Source: Archaeoglobus fulgidus DSM 4304
GTDB lineage: Archaea; Halobacteriota; Archaeoglobi; Archaeoglobales; Archaeoglobaceae
Length of the DNA: 32,000 bases
Direction: 5' to 3'
NCBI RefSeq assembly: GCF_000008665.1
Contig: NC_000917.1
Coordinates: forward strand, 960,001-992,000
Each line of letters begins with the position of its first letter. Position 1 is the first letter of the stretch. A model generated the notes under the pieces. The model was not told where the DNA came from. It saw nothing but the letters and a program-made list of their open reading frames with translations, and made no database searches. A program made the translations under genes and the position numbers. This document shows positions 22,091 to 32,000 of the stretch, in pieces.

Positions 22091-22259
22091 TTTCGATCTC
22101 CTCGATTATCTCTTCCATTTCGCAACCTTTCAGCAACCCTCTCGTTTTTGCTACGACTTCACTCACAACAACCCTCACTCTCTCCCCCTCCTTTAAATCC
22201 ACCTTCTGCAAGGGTTTGAAGACGCCATTCTCGTAGATGGCTTCGATGATTTTTGGCAT
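22074..22259 (-). CDS. VapB-like antitoxin 6
   Basis: [61 protein letters not shown]. Confidence 0.88.
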   Translation of the reverse strand: MPKIIEAIYENGVFKPLQKVDLKEGERVRVVVSEVVAKTRGLLKGCEMEEIIEEIESEGFL

Positions 22260-22317
22260 GTTAATGATTTGTCTTGGAAGAAGAAAAGGGTTTCGGAAAC
22301 ATTGAGCTTATTCTCAG

Positions 22318-22575
22318 TCATTTGTAAGCGTGGTTGTGGTGTTTGAAGGTCACGAATTTAACCGTATCCTCTTCCACTTTGAAGATAATTACGAATTTCC
22401 CAACGTGTGCCCTTCTCAATCCTTTCATCTGCCCCCTTAAAGGTTTATAGTGTTCAGGTTGTTTGATAATCTCTTCAACTTTTGATTGAAGCCTTTTTAG
22501 AAGCTCTGGGTCTTTTTCCTTTAACTTTTTGGCTATTTTCAGGAATTCTTCAGAAAACTGTGCTTTGTAGTTCAT
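22318..22575 (-). CDS. RelE-like toxin 4
   Basis: MNYKAQFSEEFLKIAKKLKEKDPELLKRLQSKVEEIIKQPEHYKPLRGQMKGLRRAHVGKFVIIFKVEEDTVKFVTFKHHNHAYK. Confidence 0.92.
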   Translation of the reverse strand: MNYKAQFSEEFLKIAKKLKEKDPELLKRLQSKVEEIIKQPEHYKPLRGQMKGLRRAHVGKFVIIFKVEEDTVKFVTFKHHNHAYK

Positions 22576-22790
22576 ATATCCTCAAAGAGTTTTTTGACTT
22601 CCTCCAAATTGCTGCAAACTTTACTTCTACCCTGCTCAAGATCTGAAAGTCCTCTCTGTATGCTATCTATAAATTCAGCGTCAGAAAAAATCAGAATCTC
22701 ATCTTTAAGTTCTTCCAGCTCTCCCCTTCTTTTTTCAAGCTGTCTGATAAAGTTTTCAATATCCTCAATTATATCCAGCAACACCTTCAC
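22572..22790 (-). CDS. RelB-like antitoxin 4
   Basis: MKVLLDIIEDIENFIRQLEKRRGELEELKDEILIFSDAEFIDSIQRGLSDLEQGRSKVCSNLEEVKKLFEDI; 4-nt overlap with toxin. Confidence 0.75.
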   Translation of the reverse strand: MKVLLDIIEDIENFIRQLEKRRGELEELKDEILIFSDAEFIDSIQRGLSDLEQGRSKVCSNLEEVKKLFEDI

Positions 22791-22944
22791 AATCTAATTT
22801 TGTTGAATCGTAAATATAAGGTTTTAGACTCCTTGATTATGCATGTAGATTTCACCCAGCCTTAGATATCAAAGATGAAAAAGGCGGAGATGTCAGAGGA
22901 GATATCTGCAAAAACCTATCAAACTCCACAAACTCTTTCTCGGA

Positions 22945-22960
22945 AGAAGAAAAGGGTTTC
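22945..22960 (-). promoter_or_regulatory. Orphan copy of the VapB promoter-like element (CGAAACCCTTTTCTTC)
   Basis: Exact gaagaaaagggtttcg also at 20357-20372, 21648-21663, 22280-22295 and 23303-23318, and agaaaagggtttcg at 17176-17189, each about 20-35 bp upstream of a VapB ATG; this copy has no antitoxin downstream. Confidence 0.6.
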
Positions 22961-23009
22961 GTTGGTCGGTATTTTGTCTGGACTGCTTCAATTCGAATCT
23001 GCGTTCGCT

Positions 23010-23097
23010 ACTCCAACCCACTACTGCAGGCTCGTCTTCGCCTGTTTTCGTTGTCTAAGAATAAATCGAGCCAGACTGACGTATCTACGACAATCAT
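23010..23097 (-). pseudogene. VapC-like PIN toxin 7, N-terminal stub only
   Basis: ATG 23097: [29 protein letters not shown]; ATGA overlap with antitoxin 7 stop; remainder of PIN domain missing. Confidence 0.7.
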
Positions 23098-23282
23098 CTT
23101 CTCTCTTCCAAGAATTTCTCGATGTCCTTTTCTGTAAGTTTAAACTTTCCTTGATATTTTTTTATCACATCCAATATTCCTTCTTCTATTCTTAGCTTAA
23201 TCCTCTCCCCCTCCTTCAAATCCACCTTCTGCAAAGGCTTGAAGACTCCGTTCTCGTAAATTGCCTCGATGATTTTTGGCAT
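23094..23282 (-). CDS. VapB-like antitoxin 7
   Basis: [62 protein letters not shown]. Confidence 0.88.
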   Translation of the reverse strand: MPKIIEAIYENGVFKPLQKVDLKEGERIKLRIEEGILDVIKKYQGKFKLTEKDIEKFLEERR

Positions 23283-23575
23283 GTTTGTGATTTGTCTTGG
23301 AAGAAGAAAAGGGTTTCGCTGATAGAGTTGCTCCTCAACTCGTCAAGAAGAATCAATAATCAATAAATCCCAGCTACAGCATGAAGTCTGATAGAATCGA
23401 GAAAGTTAGAGATCATGGGCAAAGTACTGAGATTAAAGGTATTGGAATAGCAGCTTCATCCAAACTTCTTCGACGAGGAGAACGGCCTTTCTGAATTTCA
23501 TTTTGAATTCATCCTGTCTCTACGATGCCATTCACGAATGGCAAAGAAAGAAAACCCGTTCCCACTGAAAGCTGA

Positions 23576-23770
23576 TTGACGATACTGTTCTCAAAGATGT
23601 CCTCAAAGCGAACAGGATCATTTTACACTGAAATCGCCAAAGAAGTCCTGAAATGCTGCGGGAAAAAATACATCATCGATAAAGCGCCTTGGTTTAGATT
23701 CCTTGGTTTAGAATACGAACATCAGACCATCCGAAGAAATTCTTTCATTGCTAAAAATAAAAATTGTTAA
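23576..23770 (+). pseudogene. DDE transposase C-terminal remnant (IS6-like style)
   Basis: FYTEIAKEVLKCCGKKYIIDKAPWFRFLGLEYEHQTIRRNSFI resembles the ...VD-APW...LGLEYEHET..RN..E region of archaeal IS transposases. Confidence 0.6.
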
Positions 23771-23794
23771 TAAATATTAGATTTAACCGACTAA

Positions 23795-24220
23795 TTAACC
23801 TCCTACAGTAACGTGGGTCATTAATATTGGTTTGTTAGTTTGGATATCAACTAACGTAAGTTCTACGTATTGACCACCGTATCCTGATAGTGTAATTGTC
23901 TCGGTCTCGCCGACCTTAAGTAAATTATCGCTGCAACCTCCACTGCTGCCTAGAGCATTTGATTCTTCTTTTCCATTCACCAGTACTTTAATACTTGTAC
24001 AATTTATTGGATCTCCACCCATGTGTTTTAGTTCCACTGTATCAGCACTACTACCAGTTCTTACTTGTAATTGAGCGCTTGGCGGAGCTGCAGGTGCCAC
24101 ATTCGACATCCCAAACACAAAGCTCGCAATCACTGCCGCCAGTATGACGGTGATGGCCACCATCAGTATCACGCCAATCACTGGCGACACACCTTTCTCA
24201 TCCATCTTTCTCCTTACCAT
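23795..24220 (-). CDS. Archaeal type IV pilin-like protein
   Basis: Class III signal-like MDEKGVSPVIGVILMVAITVILAAVIASFVFGM (DUF1628-type N-terminus); start possibly at 24205. Confidence 0.88.
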   Translation of the reverse strand: MVRRKMDEKGVSPVIGVILMVAITVILAAVIASFVFGMSNVAPAAPPSAQLQVRTGSSADTVELKHMGGDPINCTSIKVLVNGKEESNALGSSGGCSDNLLKVGETETITLSGYGGQYVELTLVDIQTNKPILMTHVTVGG

Positions 24221-24280
24221 CTAACCACCTCCCTAACCGGGGTTAAACCCCATTAGCATTATCATTATTACCATAACTGG

Positions 24281-24295
24281 TATATAACCCTTTCG
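24281..24295 (-). promoter_or_regulatory. BRE/TATA promoter of the pilin gene
   Basis: CGAAAGGGTTATATA on the minus strand about 60-75 bp upstream of the pilin start. Confidence 0.6.
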
Positions 24296-24353
24296 ATTTG
24301 GCAGGTAAAAGAGTGAAAAATTTTCACCGGTTATGATGGTCACACAGTGTGAG

Positions 24354-25700
24354 CTATCTCCTCCCGAAGTCGTCCTCGAATCGCTCTATGTCGTCCTCTT
24401 CCAGATACTCCCCGATCTGTATCTCTATGATTTCGAGGGGGATTTTTCCGGGATTCTCGATTCTGTGAATCGCTCCTGCGGGAACGAAGGTGCTCTCCCC
24501 GCTCCTCAGAAGAATTTCATTTCCATCAACTACAATTCTGGCTGTGCCCTTAACCACCACCCAGTGCTCGCTCCTGTGGTAGTGGCGCTGGAGGCTCAGC
24601 CTTTTCTTCGGCTTTACCGTTATCCTTTTTATCTTGTAGCTCTTGTTCTCCTCAAGGACCGTGTAGCTTCCCCAGGGCCTGTGGGCCGTTCTGTGAACCT
24701 CAACGGCCTTGTCCCCCTTCTCGGCGAGCAGCCTGTAAACCTCCCTGACCTTCTCAGCCTCCCCCCTTCTCGCAACTAGCAGAGCGTCGTCGGTGTCGAT
24801 GACAATCAAATCCCTCAGGCCTATCAGGGCTGTGAGGCGCTGCGTAATAACGAGGTTGTTCTCCGAGTCGACCGGAATGCAACTCTCGCTCTTGATAGCG
24901 TTCCCCCTCTCATCCTTCTCCATGACCTCATAAATCGAATCGAAGTTGCCGAGGTCGCTCCAGAAGGTTTTGATTGGAACCACTGCAACCCTTCCCGACT
25001 TCTCGAGTATGGCGTAGTCGAATGAGGCTTCTGGAATTTGCTTGTAAGCTTCTTCACCCTCCTCAAGCACCTTTGCGAACTCGGGGGCGAGCTCCTTCAA
25101 CTCTTCAACGAATACTTTGGAGTCAAAGACGAACATGCCGCTGTTCCATAGGTATCCCTTGGAGACGTACTCCTCGGCCAGCTCCCTGGAAGGCTTCTCC
25201 TTGAACTGCTCAACCTCGAAACCGCCCTCCAGCTCTTTTCCCGGCTTGATGTAGCCGTAGCCCGTGTGAGGGCGGGTTGGGGTTATCCCGAAGGTCACGA
25301 TGTAGTTTTCAGAAAGCTTCTCTGCAGACCTGAAGGCATTCAGGTACTCCTCATCCGCTTTAATAAGATGGTCGGATGGTAAGACGGCAAACTTCCCCTC
25401 TCCAGCCGCCTTGACGCCAAGACAGATTGCGGGCAAGGTGTTCTTCGCTTCCGGCTCCAGAATGATGTTCTCCTCCGGAATTGAAATTCCGATCTCCTCT
25501 AAGTCGTCGAGAACTCTGAAGCGGTACTCCTTGTTTGTAATCACGTAGATTTCGTCGGGGGAGGACAGATAAAGAGCCCTCTTTACGGTTTTCTGGAATA
25601 GTGACTCCGAGAAGAGCTTGATGAACTGCTTCGGCATGAGCTCCCTGCTTAAAGGCCAGAGCCTCGTCCCCTTTCCGCCTGCGAGTATCAGAGTTTTCAT
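24354..25700 (-). CDS. manC: Bifunctional mannose-1-phosphate guanylyltransferase / mannose-6-phosphate isomerase
   Basis: MKTLILAGGKGTRLWPLSRELMPKQFIKLF...; C-terminal cupin RPWGSYTVLEENKSYKIKRITVKPKKRLSLQRHYHRSEHWVVVKGTA. Confidence 0.95.
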   Translation of the reverse strand: MKTLILAGGKGTRLWPLSRELMPKQFIKLFSESLFQKTVKRALYLSSPDEIYVITNKEYRFRVLDDLEEIGISIPEENIILEPEAKNTLPAICLGVKAAGEGKFAVLPSDHLIKADEEYLNAFRSAEKLSENYIVTFGITPTRPHTGYGYIKPGKELEGGFEVEQFKEKPSRELAEEYVSKGYLWNSGMFVFDSKVFVEELKELAPEFAKVLEEGEEAYKQIPEASFDYAILEKSGRVAVVPIKTFWSDLGNFDSIYEVMEKDERGNAIKSESCIPVDSENNLVITQRLTALIGLRDLIVIDTDDALLVARRGEAEKVREVYRLLAEKGDKAVEVHRTAHRPWGSYTVLEENKSYKIKRITVKPKKRLSLQRHYHRSEHWVVVKGTARIVVDGNEILLRSGESTFVPAGAIHRIENPGKIPLEIIEIQIGEYLEEDDIERFEDDFGRR

Positions 25701-25737
25701 ATCCTGAAATCAGTGAAATTAATAAAATACTTTCTGA

Positions 25738-25809
25738 CGCCCCCGCCGGGAATCGAACCCGGGTCTGTGGCTCCGAAGGCCACCAGGATGTCCCCTACCC
25801 CACGGGGGC
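25738..25809 (-). tRNA. tRNA-Arg(TCG)
   Basis: GCCCCCG TG GGGT AGGGGACA TCCT G GTGGC CTTCGGA GCCAC AGAC CCGGG TTCGATT CCCGG CGGGGGC G; anticodon TCG. Confidence 0.92.
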
Positions 25810-25840
25810 AGAAAAAAGGTTGGTAACAAATTAAAAAAGG

Positions 25841-27201
<1,361 letters not shown>

Positions 27202-27323
27202 GAAGTTACTCCGCACAGCCCTTAAAATAGTAGCGGTTTTTACCGGAGCACCATAGCCGCAAAGGTTTATAAGGTATAAGTCGTAATTATGTTTTAATTG
27301 TTGGTTAGTTGGTGGTGAGTGAA

Positions 27324-29732
27324 ATGTTTGAATTGAAAAAAGGAGCACTTTTTGTAGATGAAATGAAAAACGTCAGCATCCGCATAGGCAAAGTTGTTGA
27401 GGAAGAGGAAGAAGTATGGGAGGAGGCTGGCCCTACACCAAAGCCCGGAATTCTTGAGCTGAGGAAGTGGGATCACAAGCTGCTTGAGCGCTATGAACCC
27501 TTCTACGCCCCGATGCAGGACTTCTGCAACCTCTGCACAATGGGGCCATGCGATTTGTCAATGAACAAGAGGGGAGCCTGCGGCATAGATCTGAAAACTG
27601 CAAAGGCAAGACTTGTGACTATTGCATGCTGCATTGGTGCCTCAGCCCACACAGCCCATGCGAGGCATCTGGTTGACCACCTCATTGAGGAGTTTGGAGA
27701 GGACTTCCCCATTGATCTGGGAGGGGATGTGAACGTTGAGGCCCCAATCATAAGAACAGTCGTGGGAATCAAACCGAAAACGCTGGGAGATTTAAGAGAG
27801 GCTCTGAACTGGGCCGAAAAGGAGATTGTGAAGGTTCTCCACTCAACCCACATAGGAAATGAGGAAAGCCTGCTCGACTACGAGAGCAAGGCGATGCACG
27901 TCAGCATGGCAGACCACGTAGGAATGGAGGTTGCAGACATTGCTCAGATTGTGGCTTACAACTTCCCCAAGGCTGAGCCAGATACGCCGCTCGTTGATAC
28001 TGGATTTGGCATCGTCGACAAATCCAAGCCAACGATTGTAGTTGTAGGGCACAACGTCATGTACGCAAGACCTGTTGCCGACTACTTGGAGGAAATGGGC
28101 AGAATTGACGACTTCGAGCTTGCGGGGCTTTGCTGCACAGCCCACGACATGACGAGATACAACGCCAAGGCAAAGATTTTCGGGCCCATCAGCTACCAGC
28201 TGAGAGTTATAAGGGCAGGAATTCCTGACGTCATGATCAGCGACGAGCAGTGTATCAGGGCTGATTTGCTCGAAGCATGCAAGAAGATGGGCATACCGCT
28301 CATAGCAACGAGCGATGCTGCCGCTCGCGGATTGCCGGATGTGAGCGACTGGCCCGTTGAGAAGATTGTTGATGCCCTCGTCAGCGGAAAGCTGCCCGGA
28401 GTTTTCCTGCCCATTCCTGAGAAAGTGGGGCAGGTTGCACCGCTTGTTGCTGAGGCAATATTCAAGAAGCACGGCGGAGAGAGGAAGTACAAGTTCTTCG
28501 AGAGTGATGAAGCTCTGATGGAGGAGATTAACAAGTGCACTCAGTGCATGAACTGTGTCTTCACCTGCCCGCACAGCCTTAGAGTTGATCAGGGAATGGC
28601 TCACGCGCAGAAAACGGGAGATTTGAGCAAGCTCGCACAGCTTGAGGAGCAGTGCCTTGCGTGCATGAAGTGCGAGCAGGCTTGTCCAAAGAACATCAAA
28701 ATCATAAACGTCATCATGAGGGCAAACTACGACAGGCTATACAACAAGACGGGCAAGACGAGGGTTGGAAGAGGGCCTATTCAGGACACGGAAATCAGGA
28801 AGGTCGGGCAGCCAATCGTATTCGGCCAGATTCCGGGAGTTATCGCTGCTGTTGGATGTATAAACTTCCCGGACGAGATGAAGTCAATCAGGGAGATTCT
28901 TGAGGAGTTCCTGAAGAGGCGCTACATCGTCGTCACTTCAGGCTGCCACGCGATGGACATTGGAATGATAAAGGACGAGGAAGGAAAGACACTCTACGAG
29001 AAGTATCCGGGCAACTTTGATGCAGGAGGGCTTGTAAACACGGGAAGCTGTGTTGCCAACTCCCACATTGCGGGGGCTGCAATAAAGATTGCCAACATCT
29101 TCGCCATGAGGCCACTGAGAGGTAACTATGCAGAAATTGCCGACTACGTGCTGAACAGGGTTGGTGCCGTCGGATTTTCATGGGGTCCCTACAGCCATAA
29201 GGCTGCATCAATTGCAACGGGCTTCAACAGGCTTGGTGTGCCTGTTGTCGTAGGTCCTCACGGCACGAAATACAGGAGGGCTTACATCGGAAAGCCGTGG
29301 AAGAAGGACAAGTGGTGGGTTTACGACATAAAGAGCAGGCAGAAGGTCTTCATCGAGCCAGCTCCAGACTCGCTGCTGGTTGCCGTTGAAACCAAGGAGG
29401 AGGCAATTGTCCAGCTGGCAAGGCTATGCATAAGGCCCAACGACACCAATCAGGGCAGGCAGATTAAGCTCACCCATTACATCGAGCTTCACCAGAAGTA
29501 CTACGGCGATTTGCCCGACGACTGGGCGGTGTATGTGAGAAGCGAGGCTGATTTGCCGTTGAAGATGAGAGACCAGCTGCTGAAGGTTCTTGAGGAGCAG
29601 TATGGCTGGAAGATTGACTGGGACAAGAAGAAGATTGTCGAGGGGCCAGTAAGGCACTTTGATGCTGGATTCAACCCAACGATAGTTGAAGAGGTGTATG
29701 AGAAGTATGCTGGAGAGAAGGCACCGAGGTGA
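27324..29732 (+). CDS. cdhA: CO dehydrogenase/acetyl-CoA synthase (ACDS) alpha subunit
   Basis: FCNLCTMGPCDLSMNKRGACGID; CTQCMNCVFTCPHSLRV; CLACMKCEQACPKNI; WWVYDIKSRQKVFIEPAPDSLLVAVETKEEAI. Confidence 0.96.
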   Translation: MFELKKGALFVDEMKNVSIRIGKVVEEEEEVWEEAGPTPKPGILELRKWDHKLLERYEPFYAPMQDFCNLCTMGPCDLSMNKRGACGIDLKTAKARLVTIACCIGASAHTAHARHLVDHLIEEFGEDFPIDLGGDVNVEAPIIRTVVGIKPKTLGDLREALNWAEKEIVKVLHSTHIGNEESLLDYESKAMHVSMADHVGMEVADIAQIVAYNFPKAEPDTPLVDTGFGIVDKSKPTIVVVGHNVMYARPVADYLEEMGRIDDFELAGLCCTAHDMTRYNAKAKIFGPISYQLRVIRAGIPDVMISDEQCIRADLLEACKKMGIPLIATSDAAARGLPDVSDWPVEKIVDALVSGKLPGVFLPIPEKVGQVAPLVAEAIFKKHGGERKYKFFESDEALMEEINKCTQCMNCVFTCPHSLRVDQGMAHAQKTGDLSKLAQLEEQCLACMKCEQACPKNIKIINVIMRANYDRLYNKTGKTRVGRGPIQDTEIRKVGQPIVFGQIPGVIAAVGCINFPDEMKSIREILEEFLKRRYIVVTSGCHAMDIGMIKDEEGKTLYEKYPGNFDAGGLVNTGSCVANSHIAGAAIKIANIFAMRPLRGNYAEIADYVLNRVGAVGFSWGPYSHKAASIATGFNRLGVPVVVGPHGTKYRRAYIGKPWKKDKWWVYDIKSRQKVFIEPAPDSLLVAVETKEEAIVQLARLCIRPNDTNQGRQIKLTHYIELHQKYYGDLPDDWAVYVRSEADLPLKMRDQLLKVLEEQYGWKIDWDKKKIVEGPVRHFDAGFNPTIVEEVYEKYAGEKAPR

Positions 29733-30283
29733 TGGAAATGGCGGTAGCTAAGGAGGAGAAGTTTCCGACAGCAAAGCGCTTTGACATTGCCGACATACAG
29801 GTGAGCAGGGAAGCGACTGCGGTAAAGCCAAAGGTTGTTGCCAACATGATTAAGAGGGCAAAGAGGCCTCTGCTTGTAACAGGCGGACAGCTGCTGAAGG
29901 ATGAGAAGCTGGTGGAGTTTGCAGTGAAGTTCGCTGAAAAAGGGATTCCGATAGCAGCAACGGCAGGCTCAAGCAAACCTTTGATTGAGAGAGGTATAAA
30001 ACCCGTCTCCAAGACCTACACTCTCCACCAGATAACCCAGTTCCTGCAGGATGAGGAGTTTCAGGGCTTTGATGGCAATGGAAACTATGACACAGTAATT
30101 TTCCTCGGCTTCCTCCCGTACTACCTCTCAAGGATGCTGTCATCGCTGAAGCACTTCTCCAAGATTACAACCATAGCCATAGACGAGTTCTACCAGCCGC
30201 ACGCAAAGTTCAGCTTTACCAATCTAACGAAGGACAGAGAGCTCTACTACAGCATGCTTCAGGAGGTTCTCGACAACCTTTAA
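29732..30283 (+). CDS. cdhB: ACDS epsilon subunit
   Basis: ANMIKRAKRPLLVTGGQLLKDEKLVEFAVKFAEKGIPIAATAGSSKPLIERGIKP...; ATG overlaps the cdhA TGA. Confidence 0.92.
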   Translation: MEMAVAKEEKFPTAKRFDIADIQVSREATAVKPKVVANMIKRAKRPLLVTGGQLLKDEKLVEFAVKFAEKGIPIAATAGSSKPLIERGIKPVSKTYTLHQITQFLQDEEFQGFDGNGNYDTVIFLGFLPYYLSRMLSSLKHFSKITTIAIDEFYQPHAKFSFTNLTKDRELYYSMLQEVLDNL

Positions 30284-30307
30284 TTCTTTTTTATTTTATG
30301 AAAGCCT

Positions 30308-30547
30308 ATGTCGGTTATGGATGAGAAGGCAAAGGCAATGCTGATGCTCGGCGTGCTGAACGATGCCTTTGGCGATATCAGGAACATGATTTACTACCTT
30401 CAGGATTTCATTTACTCGCATCCCGACTGGGCGGAGGATTTTGAGAAATTGGGTTTGAATGACGTGCTTAATGCGGCGAGGGAGCTGGAAAAACTCACGC
30501 TGGAGAAAATGGATTTGCTTAAGAGGATAGCTGAGGGAAAGGAGTAA
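30308..30547 (+). CDS. Small conserved-looking hypothetical protein (79 aa)
   Basis: MSVMDEKAKAMLMLGVLNDAFGDIRNMIYYLQDFIYSHPDWAEDFEKLGLNDVLNAARELEKLTLEKMDLLKRIAEGKE; tight spacing with cdhB. Confidence 0.6.
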   Translation: MSVMDEKAKAMLMLGVLNDAFGDIRNMIYYLQDFIYSHPDWAEDFEKLGLNDVLNAARELEKLTLEKMDLLKRIAEGKE

Positions 30548-30577
30548 AAAATTTAAAATACAACACAAAATATTAAT

Positions 30578-31126
30578 GTGTACTGTGGAATAGATGTCGG
30601 GCTCAAGAAGTGCCATGCAGCTTTGATTTCTGACAGGCTTGAGTTTGTTGGGGATTACACTGAGCTTGATCTGGATAATGTTAGGGTTACTGGAATAGAT
30701 GCGCCTCTCAGCTTCCCAGCAAAAGGCTCGCTGAGGGAGTGCGAGAGGCTGCTTTTGAAAATGGGAATCAGGCTTTTCCCCTCAGGAGCACCCTTTTTCA
30801 GGGGGATTGCGCTTAGAGGAATGGAGATTGCGGAAGAGCTGAGGAGTAAGGGCGTGGAGGTTTACGAGGTTTACCCCTACGCAACGAGGGTGATTCTTAA
30901 CATCGCTCCGAAGGCGAAGAAGCATACAAAAAGCGGGCTTGAGGAGATAAGGGCAGAGCTTTCGAGATGGGTGGAGATTCCAGAGCTTTCGCATGATGAG
31001 GTTGATGCGGTAATAGCTGCGCTGACAGTAAAGCTGTTCTCCGAGGGCATGGGAGTGAAGCTGGAGGGGATTGACGGCTCCATTGTGGTGCCAAAGGGCA
31101 GAGTGCAGCTTAGCCTGAATCCATAA
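30578..31126 (+). CDS. DUF429-type predicted nuclease (RNase H-like fold)
   Basis: MYCGIDVGLKKCHAALI...VTGIDAPLSFPAKGSLRECERLLLKMGIRLFPSG...GVEVYEVYPYATRVIL...SHDEVDAVIAALTVKLF. Confidence 0.7.
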   Translation: MYCGIDVGLKKCHAALISDRLEFVGDYTELDLDNVRVTGIDAPLSFPAKGSLRECERLLLKMGIRLFPSGAPFFRGIALRGMEIAEELRSKGVEVYEVYPYATRVILNIAPKAKKHTKSGLEEIRAELSRWVEIPELSHDEVDAVIAALTVKLFSEGMGVKLEGIDGSIVVPKGRVQLSLNP

Positions 31127-31156
31127 ACTTTAAATCAGAACTGCCAGAGGCTTACC

Positions 31157-32000
31157 ATGAAAATTTCACCCCTCTGCCCCTCATGCCTTCTCGGCAGGGT
31201 TTACTACGAAGCGAAGCTTGTCACTGACGATGAGGATTTAATCTCACAATGCGTTGATGAGTCCCTTAAAATTCTCGCCGAGAACTACTCATCACGCCCG
31301 ATAAACGCTCACCTTGCAACGCGAATCCACAGGAGGGTTTACGAGATTCTCGGCGTTGAAGATCCTTACGCGGAGGTGAAGGCCAGAGCCAACGAGGTGG
31401 CGAGGCAGGTTCTACCTCTTGCAAAAGAAATCGTTGAAGGCTCCGACGACCCCTTCAAGACTGCTGTGATAGTCTCTATAGTGGGAAACAATTTTGATTA
31501 CGGCGTGCAGGGGCACAAAGTTGTTGAGGAGGAGTTCAGGGATTTCCTCAAGAGAAAAGTTCAAGAAGGGCTGAAGATTAACGACACCGAAAGAATAAAG
31601 GAGCTAAGCAGTGGAAAGGTTGTTTATCTGACCGACAACGCGGGTGAGATTTTCTTCGACACCCTCTTAATGAAAGAGATTAAGAGGCGCTGCGAGAAGC
31701 TGACTGCTGTGGTGAGGGGCAGGCCAATCATCAGCGACGCCACCATTGAAGATGCGAGGCTGGCGAGAGTTGATAAGATAGCAGACGAGCTACTGACAAA
31801 CGGGAAGGGGGCTATAGGCATAATAATGGACGAGCTTCCCGACGAAACCAGAAAAGCCTTAGAGGAAGCTGATTTGATTGTTGCGAAGGGAATGGCCAAC
31901 TACGAGTGCCTTTCTGATGGCAGCTTAAAGCCGATAGCTTTCCTTTTAACAGCAAAATGCGAGCCTGTTGCGAGAGACATTGGCGTTAACGTTGGAGATA
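31157..32000 (+). CDS. DUF89 family protein (damage-control phosphatase-like), runs off the window
   Basis: MKISPLCPSCLLGRVYYEAKL...IVGNNFDYGV...VVYLTDNAGEIFFDTLLMKEI...GMANYECLSDG. Confidence 0.85.
   Translation, partial: MKISPLCPSCLLGRVYYEAKLVTDDEDLISQCVDESLKILAENYSSRPINAHLATRIHRRVYEILGVEDPYAEVKARANEVARQVLPLAKEIVEGSDDPFKTAVIVSIVGNNFDYGVQGHKVVEEEFRDFLKRKVQEGLKINDTERIKELSSGKVVYLTDNAGEIFFDTLLMKEIKRRCEKLTAVVRGRPIISDATIEDARLARVDKIADELLTNGKGAIGIIMDELPDETRKALEEADLIVAKGMANYECLSDGSLKPIAFLLTAKCEPVARDIGVNVGD

Noticed and set aside
27503-30143. Multiple minus-strand ORFs within cdhA and cdhB, including 253 aa at 27843-28604
   Set aside because: Antisense shadows of cdhA and cdhB, which have complete conserved cysteine motifs.

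Overview
The window matches a hyperthermophilic euryarchaeon of the Archaeoglobus type, judged from family content and codon style; no database was searched. From left to right it contains: an archaellum (fla) gene block with two tandem flagellins; trmY, ccdA and YlbF-like genes; tRNA-Ala(CGC); a decayed RelBE remnant; herA; an ATP-grasp gene and a NYN-domain gene; a response regulator; a COG2401-like ABC ATPase/acetyltransferase fusion; an ASCH protein; mer; alba; a phenylacetate-CoA ligase / 29-aa membrane ORF / SSS transporter operon; a type IV pilin; a manC-type gene; tRNA-Arg(TCG); fumarase alpha and beta; CODH/ACS alpha and epsilon; and DUF429 and DUF89 genes. The most unusual part is about 15.6-23.8 kb. 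It is a one-strand array of about 12 toxin-antitoxin modules (1 HicAB, 7 VapBC-like, 4 RelBE-like) in roughly 7.3 kb, bracketed by transposase remnants. The VapBC modules share near-identical promoters, antitoxin N-termini and (in several) toxin C-termini, but differ in the middle. This looks like a recombining cassette array with varying degrees of decay. Many members carry frameshifts or in-frame stops that I located by reading, including a (GA)n tract frameshift in one antitoxin.
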